This document shows, in pieces, positions 22,233 through 29,645 of a DNA stretch of 44,006 bases. Each line of letters begins with the position of its first letter. Position 1 is the stretch's first letter. Where the stretch lies: positions 1 through 44,006 of the forward strand of contig JACQPS010000270.1 of the NCBI GenBank assembly GCA_016207445.1, read 5' to 3'. The position numbers and the translations under genes are program-made. The notes beneath the pieces are model-generated. The model was not told the origin of the DNA and did not search any database. It saw nothing but the letters and a program-made list of their open reading frames with translations. The DNA is from Gemmatimonadota bacterium. Lineage in GTDB: Bacteria; Gemmatimonadota; Gemmatimonadetes; Longimicrobiales; RSA9.

Positions 22233-22307
22233 GGCCCGACTGTTGCACCCGTGGGGCGCGGGTGCCCGCGCAAGGGATCGGCCATCGCAGCGCGCGCAGG
22301 AGACAGC

Positions 22308-23459
22308 TTGGGTCGCAGCGGCTTCTTCGGGATCGCGACGTTCCTCTACCTGTGGCTGATGGTGGGCTTCGCGACCGGGACGGCCACGCTGCTCGGACCG
22401 GTGAAGTGGCTGACCAGCGCGCTGCGGAGCGCCGGCTGGAGCCAGCACGGGGAAGACCTGGCGGTGAACGGCCTCATCGTGCTGTACCTCGCCGTTTCGT
22501 TCGTGCTCGCCCGTCATCTCCTCCGACGCATGCGCGCAGCGAACCGGCGCCGTGTCCGCATCGGCATCCCCCTCGTCGTCACCGCCGCCGCCACGCTCTC
22601 CCTCTGGGGGTGGCTGCACCCCGCGTTGCTCGCGCGTGCCGCCGGCGGGCCCGGCGGCAGCCTCACGTTCCAGGGGGGAGCCGAGCTCGTCTTCGGGCCG
22701 TATCCGGACCGCGCTCGACTGGCCGAGCTGAAGCGCGCGGGCTTCACGGCCGTCATCTCGCTGCAGCACCCGGCGGTGCTCCCGTTCGAGCCGCGGGGGA
22801 TCACGGCGGAGCGGGAGGCCGCGCGGGAGGTCGGCATCGCGTTCATCCACGCGCCCATGCTGCCGTGGGTCAGCGAGAACGCGGGGTCGCTGCGGAAGAT
22901 CCTGGCGCTGGCGCGGGGGCGCGGACGCTACTACGTGCACTGCGGCCTCGGTCGCGACCGCGCCAACGTGGTCAAGCGCTGGCTGGAGCGAAACGGCGCC
23001 CGCGTGGCCGCGGCTCGGGATTTCACGGCCGCACGCAGCTTCGCGCGCCGCGTGGCCGAGGGCCGCTGGCTCATGGAGCGCGGCCGCATCGTGCGTCTCG
23101 AGCCAGACCTCTGGCTCGTTCCCTATCCGAACCGCCACGAGCTGTTCGGCAACATGCTCGCGGGGCAGCTCGCCTACGTGTTGCTCCTGCTCGACCCGAG
23201 CGACGCCGAACAGCGGGAATGGCTCGCCGAGGCGGAGCGCCTGTTCCGGGAGTTCGATGTGCCGTTCGGCCACCGGCCGGTGGCTGCGAGCGACCGTGCA
23301 GAGATCGGCAGGGCGGCCGCCGCGGCGCGGCGGCTCCCGCGGCCCGCCGCGGTGGTAGTCGCGCGTACGGCGCCGCGCGAGCCCGCGGACCTGGCCCGGG
23401 AGTTCGCGCGCGCCTATGGCGGGACCACGGGAGCCCACGGGCAGGAGGCGGCGCGATGA
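22308..23459 (+). CDS. 3-TM membrane protein with CX5R cysteine phosphatase (DSP/PTP-like) domain plus degenerate second phosphatase-like domain (paralogue 1)
   Basis: TTG 22308 preceded by AGGAG (start chosen by alignment to paralogue 2). Three hydrophobic helices; YYVHCGLGRDRANVVKRWL (HCX5R). The C-terminal half repeats the fold signature without the Cys. Confidence 0.8.
   Translation: MGRSGFFGIATFLYLWLMVGFATGTATLLGPVKWLTSALRSAGWSQHGEDLAVNGLIVLYLAVSFVLARHLLRRMRAANRRRVRIGIPLVVTAAATLSLWGWLHPALLARAAGGPGGSLTFQGGAELVFGPYPDRARLAELKRAGFTAVISLQHPAVLPFEPRGITAEREAAREVGIAFIHAPMLPWVSENAGSLRKILALARGRGRYYVHCGLGRDRANVVKRWLERNGARVAAARDFTAARSFARRVAEGRWLMERGRIVRLEPDLWLVPYPNRHELFGNMLAGQLAYVLLLLDPSDAEQREWLAEAERLFREFDVPFGHRPVAASDRAEIGRAAAAARRLPRPAAVVVARTAPREPADLAREFARAYGGTTGAHGQEAAR
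22938..22961 (+). other. HCX5R phosphatase P-loop of paralogue 1 (HCGLGRDR)
   Basis: cac tgc ggc ctc ggt cgc gac cgc read directly; Cys is codon 212. Confidence 0.8.
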
Positions 23460-24571
23460 AGCAGCGGCCGGTCGTCGTCGTCTTCCTGTTCCTCTACCTC
23501 TGGCTGGTCGTCGGGTTCTTCGCCGGAACCGTTACGCTGCTCGGTCCCGTCCGCTGGCTGACCGCGCTCGTGCGCGCGGCGAGCTGGACGCAAGGCCGCG
23601 AGAATGTCGCGGTCGCGGGCGTGATCGCGGCGTACCTGATCGCCTCGCTCGCGCTCGCACGCTGGCTGCTGCGTGTCGTGCTGCGCGCACAGCGCCGGGG
23701 CGTACGCTTCGGGATCCCCCTGGGCATCACGGTCGCGGCAGCAGTCTGTCTGTGGGCGTGGATGCAGCCGGGCACGCTGGCGCGGCCCGACGCCGGTCCC
23801 TCCCAGCGCGTCGCGCTGGCCAGCGGCGCCCAGTTCGTGTTCGGTCCCTATCCGGATGCGGAGCGGCTGCGGCGCCTGAAAGCAGACGGCTTTACGGCCG
23901 TCATCTCGCTGCTGCATCCGGCGGTGCTGCCGTTCGAGCCGAAGATCCTGGCGGAGGAGCGGCGGAACGCGCGCGCGGCGGGACTTGCCCTGATGCACGC
24001 CCCCATGCTGCCGTGGGTCGGATCGAACGAGCGCTCGCTCGCCGAGATCCGGCGCCTGGCCACGGGCGCGGGGCGCTATTACGTGCACTGCTATCTGGGG
24101 CGCGATCGCGCCAACGTGGTCAAGCGGGTGCTCGAGGACATGGGCAGGGCCGTGGCGGGTGCCGCCGACCTGCAGCAGCTGCGCGGATTCGAGGAGCGGA
24201 GCGAGCCGTTCGAGCGCGGTCCGCTCCAGCGTCTCGAGCGCGGCGTGTGGCTGATCCCGTATCCCAACCAGCACGAGCTGTTCGCGTACCTGCTGTTCGG
24301 GTCGGTTCGTCACGTCGTGCTGCTGCTCGACCCCGCGTTTCCGCAGCAAAGAGGATGGCTGTCCGAAGCCGAGCGCCTCTTCCGGGAATATGCCATGCCG
24401 TTCACACTCGAGCCGCTGCGCGGGGGCGATGCCGCGCGTGCGGCCGAGATCGCACGGCGCGTGCGAGTGCTGCCCCGACCGGTCGCGGTCGTCGCGGCCT
24501 TCACGGACGCGGCGAAGGATACGCGCGTGGCACGCGCCTTCCGGGCGGCGTACGGCGTCGGGACACAGTAA
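23456..24571 (+). CDS. 3-TM membrane protein with CX5R cysteine phosphatase domain plus degenerate second domain (paralogue 2)
   Basis: ATG 23456 overlaps TGA 23457-23459 (ATGA). About half of residues identical to paralogue 1 by eye. YYVHCYLGRDRANVVKRVL. Confidence 0.85.
   Translation: MKQRPVVVVFLFLYLWLVVGFFAGTVTLLGPVRWLTALVRAASWTQGRENVAVAGVIAAYLIASLALARWLLRVVLRAQRRGVRFGIPLGITVAAAVCLWAWMQPGTLARPDAGPSQRVALASGAQFVFGPYPDAERLRRLKADGFTAVISLLHPAVLPFEPKILAEERRNARAAGLALMHAPMLPWVGSNERSLAEIRRLATGAGRYYVHCYLGRDRANVVKRVLEDMGRAVAGAADLQQLRGFEERSEPFERGPLQRLERGVWLIPYPNQHELFAYLLFGSVRHVVLLLDPAFPQQRGWLSEAERLFREYAMPFTLEPLRGGDAARAAEIARRVRVLPRPVAVVAAFTDAAKDTRVARAFRAAYGVGTQ
24086..24109 (+). other. HCX5R phosphatase P-loop of paralogue 2 (HCYLGRDR)
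   Basis: cac tgc tat ctg ggg cgc gat cgc; Cys is again codon 212. Confidence 0.8.
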
Positions 24572-24727
24572 TTCACCGCAAAGGACGCAAAGACCGCAAA
24601 GGGGTTCGTCGCAGAACGCCGCAGGCCCAGCGAGATTCAAGACTTCAATTATTGAAGTTTCGATTTCTGGCAACGGACGGATCTCGCGTTGCCGGACCTC
24701 GGCGTCCTTTGCGATCTTTGCAGTGAA
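24572..24727. repeat. Family-2 element, full-length copy (156 bp) filling the gap between two convergent stop codons
   Basis: ttcaccgcaaaggacgcaaagaccgcaaagg ... cgtcctttgcgatctttgcagtgaa. The core holds the AT-rich palindrome acttcaat-t-attgaagt and the hairpin ggcaacg...cgttgcc. Confidence 0.8.
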
Positions 24728-24728
24728 A

Positions 24729-26198
24729 CTACTCGCCTGGCCCCGCCGGCTGCGGCCCGGGTGCGAACGCCTGCCAGCCGGTCGGCCCGATGAGCGGGCG
24801 CCCCTGCAGCTTGTAAAGGGCCGCCTCCAGGATCACGGCGGCGGTATTGATGTCCGTGACGCCGGTCGGGACGAGCGACTCCTCGTACAGCCCCGAGTGC
24901 CAGCCCTCGTCGCTGCGCGCCTTGCGCAGCTCTGTGAGCACGCGCTCGGTGTACTCGTTGGGGAAGAGCGCGTGCCAGCCGAAGGCGGCCTTGGTGCTGA
25001 TCCAGCGCGGGCGGTCGAAGTTCTTGCCCGGTGAGGCCGCGTCAATGACCCACGCCTTGCCGTTGCAGAAGACGCAGTAGTAGTAGAAGTAGTACGGCGG
25101 CACGCTGAGCGCGTCCTCGCTCACCATCGTGAGCTTCCCCGTCTGCCGGTACCTTGCCTCCTGCGCTGCGAGGACGTTGCGCGCCAGCTCGCGGACCTCG
25201 GGCGTCCAGCCCAGCTCGATGCCCATGAGGAAGAACGGCTCGCTGGTGAGGCGGTCCAGCTTGCGCCGGTCCCGGTAGAGCGGTACGCCCAGCAGCGTCA
25301 TCGGCTGCGCGTTGGCCATCAGGTCCAGCGCCTTCTCGGCGCGATGCCCCCAGACGGCGAAGCCGATCGCGGCGTACTGCTCGTAGCCGATGCGTCCTTC
25401 CAGGTAGCGCCAGCGTTTCCCCTTCTGACTCGCGCTCGGCTGCTCGCCGTGCAGGTAGCCGCCCCGGATGACGCGCCCGAAGTCGGTGCGGTTCACGATC
25501 GCCTGCACGTCCTGCGCGTACTGCGGCTGGTTCACGGCCACGATCTTCAACCACACGAGGAAGCGGCCGAGGTCGATGGCGGACCAGCCGTGCGCCAGCG
25601 GCCGTTCGGCCCGGGTCGGCAACACGCCGGTGCGCGTCGCGTAGTCCTTGTTGTACGTGATGCCGTCGACGAGCGGCGCTCGCTTCAGCGTTGCGAGCAG
25701 GCGGCGCATGCGACGGTCGTACTCGGCATCGCGCAGCAGGTCGAGCTCGTGGGCGGAGTAGAGGGCGGCGATCCCGCTGGCGATGTCCCAGGTGGTCGCG
25801 TAATCCCAGTGCGGCGTCGCGCTCATCAGCCCGGTCGCGGGCTGGTAGGTTCGCTCCACCAGCCGCCACGCGGTCCGCGCCGCGTCCAGGTAGAGGTTCA
25901 GGTCCGCACCGGCGTTCTCCGGCTCGATGCCGGGGCGCGCTCCGGCCGCCGGCGCGGTGCCGGCCGACGGGGGCTCGCTCGCGGGGCCGCCTGGCCGTGG
26001 CGCCTCCTGCGAGCAGATCGCGAGCAACAGACCTGCGCCCAGCGCCAGCACGGGGGCCGCCACGAGCGCCTGCCCACGGACGCGGCTCCCGATCCGGCCG
26101 TGCAGAGATGCGACGACGCCCGCCACGCGCCCCACGCCGCGGACCGTCTGCGTCGGCGCCTCTGCTCCGCCGTGCATGATTCCGGGCTTCCTTGTCAT
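24729..26198 (-). CDS. Secreted or N-terminally anchored Trp/Tyr-rich helical protein, possibly DUF3131-type (glycan hydrolase/binding-like)
   Basis: TM/lipobox-like LVAAPVLALGAGLLLAICS, Pro/Ala linker, then about 380 aa with TTWDIASGIAALY, GWSAIDLGRFLVWL, YYFYYYCVFCNGKAW. Family call is from memory only. Alternative start ATG 26177. Confidence 0.6.
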   Translation of the reverse strand: MTRKPGIMHGGAEAPTQTVRGVGRVAGVVASLHGRIGSRVRGQALVAAPVLALGAGLLLAICSQEAPRPGGPASEPPSAGTAPAAGARPGIEPENAGADLNLYLDAARTAWRLVERTYQPATGLMSATPHWDYATTWDIASGIAALYSAHELDLLRDAEYDRRMRRLLATLKRAPLVDGITYNKDYATRTGVLPTRAERPLAHGWSAIDLGRFLVWLKIVAVNQPQYAQDVQAIVNRTDFGRVIRGGYLHGEQPSASQKGKRWRYLEGRIGYEQYAAIGFAVWGHRAEKALDLMANAQPMTLLGVPLYRDRRKLDRLTSEPFFLMGIELGWTPEVRELARNVLAAQEARYRQTGKLTMVSEDALSVPPYYFYYYCVFCNGKAWVIDAASPGKNFDRPRWISTKAAFGWHALFPNEYTERVLTELRKARSDEGWHSGLYEESLVPTGVTDINTAAVILEAALYKLQGRPLIGPTGWQAFAPGPQPAGPGE

Positions 26199-26458
26199 CT
26201 CCGTTCAGTTCGCCGGCGTTCCGTGACCCGTAGCGGGCGGTCTTGCGCGAGCGCGACCAGGGCAAGCTTTGCGCCAGGCGCTCGGCGTGCGGGGTCATGA
26301 ATCCTGCTGGCGCACAGCGCTTACTCTGGCGGCCGAGTCCGTCGCGCCGCGCGGCACGAGAGCGGGGCAGGGCACGAATCTTCCGATTCGGATCGCGGGT
26401 CGGCGCGCCGAGCGCACACGAAGGCCCGTTCCTGGGCGGGAGGGGTGGTGGAGGAGAG

Positions 26459-28780
26459 ATGAGCGAGGCTTCCGTGGATTCCGGGGGCGGAGCCGCCATG
26501 CTCGAGCCAGTGTCGATCCCGCCCGCGGACGCCACGCCCCGGCTTCCCGAGTGGCAGGAACGCATCATTCGATTCGTCGCGGCGCTGGCGCTGGCGTTCG
26601 GCTGCTACTGGGTCACCTGGCGCTGGACGAGCACGCTCAATCTCTCCGCACTCTGGTTCTCGCTCCCGCTCGTGCTCGCGGAGACGTGGGTCGCCGTCCG
26701 CAGCTTCTTCACCACGTTCACCACCTGGAAGCTGCGGCGCCGCGAGCCCCGGCCCGCGCCGCCGGGTCTCTCGGTCGACGTCTTCATCACGACCTACGAC
26801 GAGCCGCTCGAGATCATTCGTCGCACGGCGGTCGCGGCGCGCCAGATCCGCTACCCGCACCGGACCTACCTCCTGGACGACGGCAAGCGCGAGGAAGTGC
26901 GGGCGCTGGCCGGGGAGCTGGGCGTGGACTACATCCGGCGTGCGGGCAACGAGCACGCGAAGGCCGGGAACCTGAATCACGCGCTCTCGGTCACACAGGG
27001 CGAATTCATCCTCCAGCTCGACGCCGACCACGTCCCGCTGCCGCACATCCTCGACCGGCTGCTCGGCTTCTTCGACGATGCTCGCACCGCCTTCGTACAG
27101 TCGCCGCAGGACTTCTACAACGTGGACTCGTTCACGCACGACGTGAACGAAAAGGCGCGCCGGATCTGGGAGGAGCAACGGCTGTTCTTCTCCATCATCC
27201 AGCCTGGAAAGGACCACTGGAACGCGGCCTTCTTCTGCGGGAGCTGCGGCGTGATCCGTCGCGCGGCGCTCGACCATATCGGCGGATTCTCGACGCTGAC
27301 CCTGACGGAGGACATGGAGACGTCGCTGGTGCTGCACGGCCGCGGCTGGCGCTCCGTCTTCTGGGGAGAGAGCCTCGCCTATGGTCTGGCGCCCGCCTCG
27401 GCCGCCGCCTACCACGTCCAGCGCCTGCGCTGGGGCCAGGGGGCGATGCAGATCCTGCGGAAGCTGAACCCGCTGCGCTACCCCGGGCTCACGCTGGCGC
27501 AGCGCATCTGCTACCTGGATTCGGTTTCCTCGTATCTCGACGGCTTTGCCAAGCTGGTGCTGTACCTGTCGCCCATCGTGTTCTTCTTCAGCGGGGTCCT
27601 GCCGATCCATACGACCGATCACGAGTTCCTGGTGCGGTTCATCCCGTTCCTGGCGCTGCAGCTGACCGCCCACACGCTGCTGTTCCGCGGCTCCGCCTTC
27701 CTGCGATTGGCCGAGCGCTACAACATGTCGAAGTTCTTCACGTACGTGGTGGCGATCAGCGGCTACTTCGCGAAGGGACGGCTGCGCTTCCACGTGACGC
27801 CGAAGGGGCCGGGCGACGTTCCGTTCAAGACCTATGCGCCGCAGCTCGTGCTGGTCGTGCTCACCGTGCTCGCGGTGAGCTGGGGCACGCTCGCGTCGAC
27901 GCTCGGGTGGATGAACTACCAGGTGCCGGGGTGGGGATCGCTCGCGTTCTGGTTCAACTTCGGCTGGGCGCTCTACCACTTCGCCTTCGCCGGCTACGTG
28001 TTGCAGCTCAGCCTGTACGTGAAGCAGCAGCGTGCGGACCAGCGGTTTCGCGACGAGTTCCCGGTCGAGGTGTCGCTCCTCGACCCGGGGGGTCGCGAAG
28101 CGGGTCGCTGCGTCGCGCTCACGAGCAATCTGCATCCCGGGGGCGTCGCGCTGCGGGCGATGGCGCCGGTGGAGCCCGGTACGCGCGTGCTGGTACGCTT
28201 GCCGCTGCTGCCCCGCACGGTGGCAGCGCACGGCGTGATCGTGCACCGCCAGGCGCGGCAGACGCGGCACGGGCCGGTGTACGCGCACGGAGTGCGATTC
28301 GAGGGGTTGTCCCTGGACGACCGCGATGCGATCGAGCTGCACTGCACGCAACACGCCGCGCCGGCGCGGCGGCTGCGCTACCGCGATGCCTCCGACCTGT
28401 TCAACGGCGCGGTCCGCTGGATCTACGATGCGCGCTCGGATCGTCGGCGCGTCGTACGCTTGCCCGTGCGCATCTCGCTCGAGGCGCCAGATGGGCCGGC
28501 CGCCCTGGGGCTCGGACTGCTCGAGGATGTGAGCCGGCGCGGCGCCCGGCTTCAGCTCGGCCACCCGCTGCCGCCGGGCGCCCGGATCGGCTACGAGATC
28601 CCCGGCTCCGAGATCGCCGGGGCCGGCGTGGTCGTCTTCACGCGCGCGCTGGAGACGCCGCTGGGCGTGCAGTTCACGGTGGGGGTGAAGCTCGACGTGG
28701 TCGCGGCCACCGGCCGTTCGTGGCGGCGCCTCGGCGCCGCCAGGCTGGTACGGAGAGTGCAATCACTGACACGGGCCTGA
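26459..28780 (+). CDS. BcsA-like processive GT2 glycan synthase with two C-terminal PilZ domains
   Basis: ATG 26459 after GGAGGAG. Motifs TTYDEP, HAKAGNLN, LDADH, QSPQDF, FFCGSCGVIRR, LTEDMETS, QRLRWGQG (27419-27433). Multiple TM helices. PilZ-1 RADQRFR...SNLHPGG; PilZ-2 DRRRVVRLPV...EDVSRRGARL. Confidence 0.9.
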   Translation: MSEASVDSGGGAAMLEPVSIPPADATPRLPEWQERIIRFVAALALAFGCYWVTWRWTSTLNLSALWFSLPLVLAETWVAVRSFFTTFTTWKLRRREPRPAPPGLSVDVFITTYDEPLEIIRRTAVAARQIRYPHRTYLLDDGKREEVRALAGELGVDYIRRAGNEHAKAGNLNHALSVTQGEFILQLDADHVPLPHILDRLLGFFDDARTAFVQSPQDFYNVDSFTHDVNEKARRIWEEQRLFFSIIQPGKDHWNAAFFCGSCGVIRRAALDHIGGFSTLTLTEDMETSLVLHGRGWRSVFWGESLAYGLAPASAAAYHVQRLRWGQGAMQILRKLNPLRYPGLTLAQRICYLDSVSSYLDGFAKLVLYLSPIVFFFSGVLPIHTTDHEFLVRFIPFLALQLTAHTLLFRGSAFLRLAERYNMSKFFTYVVAISGYFAKGRLRFHVTPKGPGDVPFKTYAPQLVLVVLTVLAVSWGTLASTLGWMNYQVPGWGSLAFWFNFGWALYHFAFAGYVLQLSLYVKQQRADQRFRDEFPVEVSLLDPGGREAGRCVALTSNLHPGGVALRAMAPVEPGTRVLVRLPLLPRTVAAHGVIVHRQARQTRHGPVYAHGVRFEGLSLDDRDAIELHCTQHAAPARRLRYRDASDLFNGAVRWIYDARSDRRRVVRLPVRISLEAPDGPAALGLGLLEDVSRRGARLQLGHPLPPGARIGYEIPGSEIAGAGVVVFTRALETPLGVQFTVGVKLDVVAATGRSWRRLGAARLVRRVQSLTRA
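28027..28330 (+). other. PilZ domain 1 (RxxxR present, DxSxxG degenerate: NLHPGG)
   Basis: QQRADQRFRDEFPVEV...ALTSNLHPGGVALRA...GVRFEGL. Confidence 0.6.
28432..28720 (+). other. PilZ domain 2 (canonical RxxxR and DxSxxG)
   Basis: RSDRRRVVRLPVRISL...LLEDVSRRGARLQL...GVQFTVG. Confidence 0.7.
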
Positions 28781-28816
28781 GAAGGTGCCCGCGGTCCGGC
28801 TATGGAGGCGAATGGC

Positions 28817-29581
28817 ATGAAACAGCTCACCTTTACAAGCAGGGCGGCCATCGGCGGGGCGCTGGCTCTGACCCTGGCCGCGCTGAATCCGCTGTCCGCG
28901 CAGGTGGTCACAGGGGTCGGCGTCGGCGAGGTGTCGGGCGACGACGTGTCCCTGATCCTGCTGGGCGGCGCCGTCCATCCGGGCGGTCTCGGGTGGAAGC
29001 CGGTGGCGAGCCTGACGGGCTACCGGGTCTCCTTCCCGGCCACTGCAGACGAGAACGCGGAGATCTGGGCGCTGACGCCGGCGGTCGGGCTGCGCTATCG
29101 CATGAGCACCGGGGCGGTCCAGGCGAAGGTCGGCTACACATTTCAGAGCGAGGACCGCGAGGAAGCGTTGGGGCGTGTCTTCGGCGGCGGGAACAGCGGC
29201 GTCGTGACCTCGGCCCAGGCCGACTACTGGGGCGACGGCCGCTGGGGCCTGCAGGCGATCGGCGCCCTCAACCTGGAATCGGAGTACCTGTGGAGCCGCG
29301 GCCGCGCCATGCGGCGCGTGTACGGCTGGGATACGGGCTCCGCGCTCGCCGGCCTCGACGCCACCTGGCAGGGTGACATCGACGGCAGCGACCTGAACCG
29401 CTATCGCGCGTTCCAGATCGGGCCCGTCGCGCAGTGGGTGATCAACCCACTCGGGCTGATCGTCATCGGCGGCGCCGGTATCAAAGACGACAACACGATC
29501 CGGGACGAGACCTGGTACGCGCGCCTCGAGCTCGTCTGGTCGTCATCGCTGCGGCGGCGGGAGACAGTGGCGCGGGATTAG
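28817..29581 (+). CDS. Putative outer-membrane beta-barrel protein
   Basis: ATG 28817 eight nt after GGAGG. Signal peptide ending LSAQ. Alternating hydrophobic/polar strands rich in G, Y, W (VGLRYRM, AKVGYTFQ, WGLQAIGALNL, ARLELVW). Confidence 0.6.
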   Translation: MKQLTFTSRAAIGGALALTLAALNPLSAQVVTGVGVGEVSGDDVSLILLGGAVHPGGLGWKPVASLTGYRVSFPATADENAEIWALTPAVGLRYRMSTGAVQAKVGYTFQSEDREEALGRVFGGGNSGVVTSAQADYWGDGRWGLQAIGALNLESEYLWSRGRAMRRVYGWDTGSALAGLDATWQGDIDGSDLNRYRAFQIGPVAQWVINPLGLIVIGGAGIKDDNTIRDETWYARLELVWSSSLRRRETVARD

Positions 29582-29645
29582 TGCAGGGCCGCTCCGTCGC
29601 GGCCGCCTCCGCGCCTTGCCCACCAGCCCGCTCGGCCTTTAGCTT

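Noticed and set aside
21813-22307. Upstream extension of phosphatase paralogue 1 (ORF from 21813), and the 769-aa ORF 22262-24571 that would fuse both paralogues
   Set aside because: The extension overlaps the 3' end of the STAND gene in another frame and is Arg/Pro-rich. The 5' two-thirds of the 769-aa ORF is an out-of-frame shadow of paralogue 1. Alignment of the two paralogues fixes the starts near 22308 and at 23456.
24572-24602. c-di-GMP-I (GEMM-I) riboswitch-like string GGACGCAAAGAC in the family-2 repeat, and CAGGGCAA in the divergent region 26199-26458
   Set aside because: These are short matches only. The rest of the GEMM-I consensus (paired P1/P2 helices, tetraloop-receptor) is not recognisable. 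The string recurs as a generic 9-nt sub-repeat in copies unrelated to c-di-GMP genes. An Infernal scan would settle it.
25042-29376. Large overlapping ORFs 25042-26568 (minus) and 26269-29376 (plus, 1035 aa)
   Set aside because: Low-complexity Arg/Gly/Ala/Pro translations out of frame with the DUF3131-like gene, the BcsA-like synthase and the barrel gene, all of which have real motifs.
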